The notes beneath the pieces were generated by a model. The model saw only the letters and a program-made list of their open reading frames with translations, did no database searches and was not told where the DNA came from. This document shows, in pieces, positions 58,322 through 64,000 of a stretch of 64,000 bases of DNA. A program made the position numbers and the translations under genes. Positions within the stretch are counted from its first letter, which is position 1. Each line of letters opens with the position of its first letter. Origin of the DNA: an uncultured delta proteobacterium (GTDB lineage: Bacteria; Desulfobacterota; Binatia; Binatales; Binataceae). The stretch lies in NCBI GenBank assembly GCA_963794325.1, contig CAWCDG010000005.1, positions 192,001 to 256,000 of the forward strand, written 5' to 3'.

Positions 58322-61156
58322 CTAAGCGGCGGCGCGATGGTTCAGGGCTTGGCGCAGGAAGCTTGCGGTGTACGAGGCCTTCACGCCTGCGACTTCTTCG
58401 GGAGTGCCTTTCGCGACGACCTGGCCGCCGCGGTCGCCGCCCTCGGGGCCAAGATCGATCAGGTAGTCGGCAGTCTTGATGACGTCGAGGTTGTGCTCGA
58501 TTACGACGATCGTGTTGCCTGCGTCAGCGAGGCGGCCGAGTACGCCGAGCAGGCGCTTGATGTCGTCGAAGTGCAGGCCGGTGGTCGGTTCGTCGAGGAT
58601 ATAAAACGTGCGGCCGGTCGCGCGCCGCGCGAGTTCCTTGGCGAGCTTGATGCGCTGCGCCTCACCGCCGGATAGCGTCGTCGCTGACTGGCCGAGATGA
58701 ATGTAATCGAGGCCGACGTCGCGCAACGTTTCGAGCTTCTGGCGGATCGGCGGAACTGACCCAAGGAATTCGACCGCGTCGAGCACGGTCATGTTGAGCA
58801 GCTCGGCGATATTTTTGCCCTTGTACTGAATCTCGAGCGTGTCGCGATTGTAGCGTTTGCCGCCGCAGACCTCGCAGGTGACGTAAACGTCGGGCAGAAA
58901 GTGCATCTCGATTCGGATGATGCCGTCGCCCTCGCACGCCTCGCACCGCCCGCCCTTGACGTTGAACGAAAATCGCCCCGGCCCGTAACCGCGCATGCGC
59001 GCCTCGGGCAATTGCGCAAACAGCTCGCGGATATGGGTGAACAGGCCGGTGTAAGTCGCGGGATTCGAGCGCGGCGTGCGTCCGATCGGGCTTTGATCGA
59101 CGTGAATGACCTTGTCGAGATGTTCGACGCCCTCGAGCGTCTTGTACGCGCCCGCACGTTCGCGGCTGTGATTCAGTTTCTGCGAGAGTGCGCGATACAT
59201 CGTGTCGAGCACCAGCGTCGATTTGCCGGAACCCGAAACGCCGGTGATGCAGGTGAAGACGCCGAGCGGAATCGCGACCGTGAGATCGCGCAGATTGTTT
59301 TCGCGCGCGCCCTTGACGGTCAACCATCGGCCCGAGAGCTGGCGGCGGCGCGACGGCACCGGAATCTCGACTTGCCCCGAAAGATATTTGCCGGTGAGCG
59401 AGTTCTCGTCGCGCATCACATCGTCGGGAGTCCCCTGCGAGACGATGTAGCCGCCGTGAATTCCGGCGCCGGGACCCATGTCGATCAGATGATCGGCTTC
59501 GAGCATCGTCTCGCGATCGTGCTCGACGACCAGCACGGTGTTACCGAGTTCCTTGAGGCGCTTGAGCGTTGCGAGCAAGCGCTGATTGTCGCGCTGATGA
59601 AGTCCAATCGACGGCTCGTCGAGGATGTAGAGCACGCCTACCAGGCTCGATCCGATTTGCGTGGCGAGACGAATGCGCTGGCCCTCGCCGCCGGAGAGAC
59701 TGCCCGAAGGGCGATCGAGCGTGAGGTACTCGAGGCCGACGTCGGCGAGAAAATTCAGCCGTTCGCGAATCTCCTTGAGGATTAGTTTGCCGATTTCCGC
59801 TTCCTGCGCACTCAGCTTGGGCGCGGCGAAAAACGCGAGCGCCAGCTTGATCGACATCGCAGTCACTTCGGAAATCGACTTGCCGTTGAAGCGCACGAAC
59901 AGGCTTTCCTTCTTGAGCCGCGCGCCGTCGCAAGTCGGACACGGGCGCATGTTCATATACGCCTCGAGGAATTCGCGCACGCCCTCAGACTCGGTTTCCT
60001 TGTAGCGGCGATCGAGCCACTGGACCACGCCCTCGAACGGCTTCGAGTACTCGGCGCGATGGTGCCCGCGCTCGTAGGCGAACTCGATGTCCTCGCTGCC
60101 GGAGCCGTTCATGATTGCTTTGCGCGTCTTGGCTGGAATGTCCTTCCACGGCTGATCGAGGCTGAACTTGTAGTGCTTCGCAAGCGCGTCGAGCACCGGC
60201 TGCAGATAGTTCATCGTCGCCCACGGAGCGATCGCGCCATCCGCAATGCTCAAGTCCTCGTTCTGCACAACCAGCTCGGGATCGAAGTACATGATCGATC
60301 CGATCCCGGAGCATTCCGTGCAGGCGCCGTGCGGGCTGTTGAAGGAGAACATTCGCGGCTCGATCTCCGGATACGAGATCCCGCAATCGACGCACGCGAA
60401 GCGCTGGCTGAAATAAATTGCGCTCTCGTTTTTGGGACCGTCCAGGCGCTCGACCTTGAGCAGGTCCTGCCCGTACTTGAAGGCGACTTCGAGCGAATCC
60501 GACAGGCGCTTTTCGATTCCTTTGCGGATCGCGAGCCGATCGACCATCACCTCGATAGTGTGGCGCTGATTCTTGTTCAGCACCGGCTCCTCGCCCAGTT
60601 CGTGGAGTTTGCCGTCGATCTTCACGCGCACAAAGCCCGCGCGCTTCATCTCGGACAGCTCCTTGCGATACTCGCCCTTGCGATCGCGGACGATCGGCGC
60701 GAGGACGTGAATCCTCGAGCCCTCGGGCCATCCCATGATTCGATCGACGATCTGCTGGACGCTCTGCTGGGTGATTTCGCGGCCGCAGTTGTAGCAGAAC
60801 GCATGGCCGACGCGCGCGAAGAGCAGGCGCAGGTAGTCGTAGATTTCGGTGATAGTGCCGACGGTCGAGCGCGGATTGCGCGAGGTGGTCTTCTGCTCGA
60901 TCGAGATAGCGGGCGAGAGCCCCTCGATCGAATCGACGTCCGGCTTTTCCATCTGCTCGAGGAACTGGCGCGCGTACGCCGACAGCGATTCGACGTAGCG
61001 GCGCTGGCCCTCGGCGTAAATCGTGTCGAAGGCGAGCGACGACTTGCCGGAGCCGGAGAGGCCGGTGATTACGACGAGGCGGTCGCGCGGAATCTCGAGA
61101 TCAATGTTCTTGAGATTGTGCTCGCGCGCACCTTTGATGACGATTCGATCGGCCAT
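58322..61156 (-). CDS. uvrA: Excinuclease ABC subunit A
   Basis: [23 protein letters not shown], two LSGGE ABC signatures, zinc fingers. Confidence 0.98.
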   Translation of the reverse strand: MADRIVIKGAREHNLKNIDLEIPRDRLVVITGLSGSGKSSLAFDTIYAEGQRRYVESLSAYARQFLEQMEKPDVDSIEGLSPAISIEQKTTSRNPRSTVGTITEIYDYLRLLFARVGHAFCYNCGREITQQSVQQIVDRIMGWPEGSRIHVLAPIVRDRKGEYRKELSEMKRAGFVRVKIDGKLHELGEEPVLNKNQRHTIEVMVDRLAIRKGIEKRLSDSLEVAFKYGQDLLKVERLDGPKNESAIYFSQRFACVDCGISYPEIEPRMFSFNSPHGACTECSGIGSIMYFDPELVVQNEDLSIADGAIAPWATMNYLQPVLDALAKHYKFSLDQPWKDIPAKTRKAIMNGSGSEDIEFAYERGHHRAEYSKPFEGVVQWLDRRYKETESEGVREFLEAYMNMRPCPTCDGARLKKESLFVRFNGKSISEVTAMSIKLALAFFAAPKLSAQEAEIGKLILKEIRERLNFLADVGLEYLTLDRPSGSLSGGEGQRIRLATQIGSSLVGVLYILDEPSIGLHQRDNQRLLATLKRLKELGNTVLVVEHDRETMLEADHLIDMGPGAGIHGGYIVSQGTPDDVMRDENSLTGKYLSGQVEIPVPSRRRQLSGRWLTVKGARENNLRDLTVAIPLGVFTCITGVSGSGKSTLVLDTMYRALSQKLNHSRERAGAYKTLEGVEHLDKVIHVDQSPIGRTPRSNPATYTGLFTHIRELFAQLPEARMRGYGPGRFSFNVKGGRCEACEGDGIIRIEMHFLPDVYVTCEVCGGKRYNRDTLEIQYKGKNIAELLNMTVLDAVEFLGSVPPIRQKLETLRDVGLDYIHLGQSATTLSGGEAQRIKLAKELARRATGRTFYILDEPTTGLHFDDIKRLLGVLGRLADAGNTIVVIEHNLDVIKTADYLIDLGPEGGDRGGQVVAKGTPEEVAGVKASYTASFLRQALNHRAAA

Positions 61157-61161
61157 CGTTC

Positions 61162-62211
61162 CTATGCCGCCGCCCGCCTGGCGATCTTTTCGCGGCTAAG
61201 CGCGGCTCGCCATGCATATTCAATCGCGGCAATCATGCTTGATGGATTTGCGATTCCCTTCCCGGCGATGTCGAAGGCGGTGCCGTGATCCGGAGAGGTC
61301 CGGACGAACGGCAATCCAATCGTGATATTCACCGCGCGATCGAACTCCAGTGTTTTGAGCGCTATCAACCCCTGATCGTGATACATCGCGACTGCCGCGT
61401 CGAAATTGAACGCGCCTAGTTTGCGGATGAACGCGGTGTCGGGCGCGAGCGGACCGTAGGCGTCGATGCCGTCGCGATTTGCGCGGCGAATCGCCGGCGC
61501 GATCACGCGAATTTCTTCGTCGCCGAACATCCCGCTTTCACCCGCATGAGGATTCAATCCGAGCACTGCGATTCGCGGCCGTGCCACGTCGAGCGCGCCG
61601 CGCAGATGCGTCGCGAGCAGGCGGATGGTATCGAACACGTTTCGCTGCGTAAGTGCATTCGCCACTTTTGCAAATCCGATATGCGCAGTCACCAGCGCGA
61701 CCGTCAGCTCGCCGCCCGCGAACATCATGCGCCACAGCCGGGTCCGCGAAAGCTGCGCAAGCAGTTCGGAATGCCCGGGAAAATGATGGCCCGCGCGGTT
61801 CATCCAGTCCTTGCTGATGGGCGCGGTCACGAGCGCATCGACCTCGCCGCTAATCGCCATTCGCGCTCCAGTTACAATGTAATCATAAGCGGCGCCGCCG
61901 CCTTCGACGCTGGGATGCGCCGGGCGGATTGCGCGCGCCGATAAATTCGAAATCGAAAGTACGCCGAGTCCCTTGGTGAGGCGAATGGGCGGCTCGCCCG
62001 GATGCCATTCGGATAGAGCCGGCACGTCGCGCAGGCGGGACGCCGCCGCGCGCATCGCGGACAAATCGCCGACTACCACGATCGACGGCGCGCCACGGCG
62101 GCTGGCGAGCGCGGCTGCGGCTTTGAGGATACACTCGGGGCCTACGCCCGCCGGATCGCCCATGCTGACAGCCAACAGCGGCGGCGTCTTTCGTCTGATC
62201 GCCGTCATCAT
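61162..62211 (-). CDS. pdxA: 4-hydroxythreonine-4-phosphate dehydrogenase
   Basis: [40 protein letters not shown]. Confidence 0.96.
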   Translation of the reverse strand: MMTAIRRKTPPLLAVSMGDPAGVGPECILKAAAALASRRGAPSIVVVGDLSAMRAAASRLRDVPALSEWHPGEPPIRLTKGLGVLSISNLSARAIRPAHPSVEGGGAAYDYIVTGARMAISGEVDALVTAPISKDWMNRAGHHFPGHSELLAQLSRTRLWRMMFAGGELTVALVTAHIGFAKVANALTQRNVFDTIRLLATHLRGALDVARPRIAVLGLNPHAGESGMFGDEEIRVIAPAIRRANRDGIDAYGPLAPDTAFIRKLGAFNFDAAVAMYHDQGLIALKTLEFDRAVNITIGLPFVRTSPDHGTAFDIAGKGIANPSSMIAAIEYAWRAALSREKIARRAAA

Positions 62212-63573
62212 CTAGTACATGGTCTCGACGTAATGTTGTTTCACGAGATCGGACTCGACCCATTTCTCGAGCTGCACACTGGCTTGCTGATCGACGAGTT
62301 GAGAGCGGATTTCCGTTTTGACTTCGCTGAGCGGCACCACGCCAGGGACTTCATGTTCCTCGAGCTTGACGATATGGAAGCCGTGGCTGGTGCGAATCGG
62401 CGCCGAAACTTCGCCGGGCTTGAGCGGCTTTACGCCAGCCAGGATCGCATCATTGATATCGGCCGGCGCGAACCATCCGAGCTCGCCGCCGTTGGACTTT
62501 GAATCGTCGTCGGAATACACGCGCGCCAGATCGCCGAAGTCGTCGCCCTTGAGGGCGCGCGCTCGAACCATCTCGGCTTTCTTCTGCGCAGCGGACACTT
62601 GCGCGGGAGTCGGGTTGGCGGGCAGCGAAATCAGAACCTGTGAGAGCCGGAGGCGTTCCTTGGCGATTGTGAAATCGGCCTGATGGGCGTCGTAGTACGC
62701 CTTGATATCGGCGTCAGGCACGTTGATTTTCGCGCGGACTTCCTGCTCGATCATCATCGCTTTTTCAAGATCGAGCCGCGCGCGCTTGCGCAATTCATCG
62801 TAACTCATCCCGCTCGCTTGAAGCTGCGCGCGGAATTCCGCGTCGCTCAGGTGCCTGTCCAACCGCAATTGCGTGATGTACTTGTCGATTTGAGCGTCGT
62901 CGACCTTGTCATCGTACTTCTTCACTTCCTGTTCGAGCAATTTCTCGCCGATCAACGCCTTCACCGCGGTCTTGGCGACTTCCGAATTAGAGAAGTCGTC
63001 GGTGTCGATCGGCTGGCCATGCTGTGATGCGAAGTCCTTGACCTCACGCATCGTGATCGGATCGCCGTCAACGCTCGCGACGACGCGATCGACCGCTGGC
63101 GTGCTTGCCTCTGCTTCCTCGTCGGCAGTTTCGGGCGGTTCTACTGGAGCGGGAGGCGCCGGCTGCGGCTCTTCTTTCTTCTCAAAGAGGCTGGAGAGCG
63201 GGAGCCCGCCGCCGGGAGCGTCTGACGCCGGCACCATCCGCGCCTCGCGTGACGGGTTTACCGCGCCCGCGGGTGGAGGAGGCAGAGGTACCGGCTGCCA
63301 CGCTTGCGTCGGTTGCCCCGATGGAGACGATGCCGATGCCACCAGTGTCTGCGGTGTCGGTCTGGACGAGGGCGTGCCTACCACAGCGGGCGATTCTCCC
63401 GGGACCGGTGTGGCCGACAACGCTTCTTTGATGAAGGAGTAGGACTCAGGTTTGAAGAAGTCGATCGAGCAACCCGAGAAGGCGATCGCAATCGCAACGC
63501 CCATCGACACCGCCGAAGCTGCCGTTACTATGCATCGCGCGGCGGCTCGCGGAAACGATCTTATGTTCTGCAT
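62212..63573 (-). CDS. surA: SurA-like chaperone/parvulin PPIase with lipoprotein signal and Pro-rich linker
   Basis: DRVVASVDGDPIT, FGDLARVYSDD...GGELGW, SAPIRTSHGFHI; mfd-surA-pdxA synteny. Confidence 0.85.
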   Translation of the reverse strand: MQNIRSFPRAAARCIVTAASAVSMGVAIAIAFSGCSIDFFKPESYSFIKEALSATPVPGESPAVVGTPSSRPTPQTLVASASSPSGQPTQAWQPVPLPPPPAGAVNPSREARMVPASDAPGGGLPLSSLFEKKEEPQPAPPAPVEPPETADEEAEASTPAVDRVVASVDGDPITMREVKDFASQHGQPIDTDDFSNSEVAKTAVKALIGEKLLEQEVKKYDDKVDDAQIDKYITQLRLDRHLSDAEFRAQLQASGMSYDELRKRARLDLEKAMMIEQEVRAKINVPDADIKAYYDAHQADFTIAKERLRLSQVLISLPANPTPAQVSAAQKKAEMVRARALKGDDFGDLARVYSDDDSKSNGGELGWFAPADINDAILAGVKPLKPGEVSAPIRTSHGFHIVKLEEHEVPGVVPLSEVKTEIRSQLVDQQASVQLEKWVESDLVKQHYVETMY

Positions 63574-64000
63574 CAGTTGACGACCTGCCCGACTTTCGCG
63601 GCTGGCCAGTTTTCCAACTTTTCACAGCCTGCCAGAGCCTGCAAGATGGCGTCGAGTTGCGCGAATAGTTGCTCGTATTCACCGGGCTCGATTCGCGCAA
63701 TCACCTGGAAGGACGGCGTCAGCCGCATCGTGCGGCGATTCTGATCCGCGAGCTTCGCGAGCAGCGTGGTGTCCACCGGAGCATCGGGATGAAAGCGAAT
63801 TTCGAGCTGCGAGCCCTTCAGAATCGCGCTCACGATCATCAACTGCTTCATCTGGCGGCGAACATTCATCGCAGCGATCAGATTTTCGATCAGCGTCGGG
63901 ACCGGACCGAACCGATCGCGCATCTCGTCGCGAATCTCGCCGAGGTCGTTCTCGGTTTGCGCTCGCGCGAGGCGCCTGTACAGCACCAGCCGTTCATTCT
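63573..64000 (-). CDS. mfd: Transcription-repair coupling factor, C-terminal TRCF domain (truncated by window edge)
   Basis: RLVLYRRLA...EMRDRFGPVP. Confidence 0.85.
   Translation of the reverse strand, partial: NERLVLYRRLARAQTENDLGEIRDEMRDRFGPVPTLIENLIAAMNVRRQMKQLMIVSAILKGSQLEIRFHPDAPVDTTLLAKLADQNRRTMRLTPSFQVIARIEPGEYEQLFAQLDAILQALAGCEKLENWPAAKVGQVVN

Overview
High-GC bacterial chromosomal window, mostly housekeeping and metabolic genes. Left to right: an alpha-glucan/trehalose cluster (maltokinase C-terminus and glgB, converging on a glgX remnant-treY-treZ-GH15-sugar ABC operon), a short decayed region, pcm-nlpD-apt-CDF, a TPP-riboswitch-controlled thiS-thiG-thiE operon, assorted oxidoreductases, alr-purH-purD-tsaC, eno-gpmI, a VWA protein, an SDR-cupin-TetR module, an M16 peptidase pair, a DUF6516/HTH toxin-antitoxin-like pair, and mfd-surA-pdxA-uvrA. 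About eight otherwise intact genes carry single-base indels, most likely sequencing or assembly errors. The most striking feature is a 560-bp element (22796-23355) with one DUF559/Vsr-like endonuclease gene, ~77-bp terminal inverted repeats built from hairpin plus mirror-repeat (triplex-type) motifs, and an exact 10-bp flanking direct repeat (AAAATCCGCT) that looks like a target-site duplication. No transposase is recognisable in it. Four gene-less repeats of similar architecture lie elsewhere in the window. All family assignments come from motif recognition by eye; no database searches were run.
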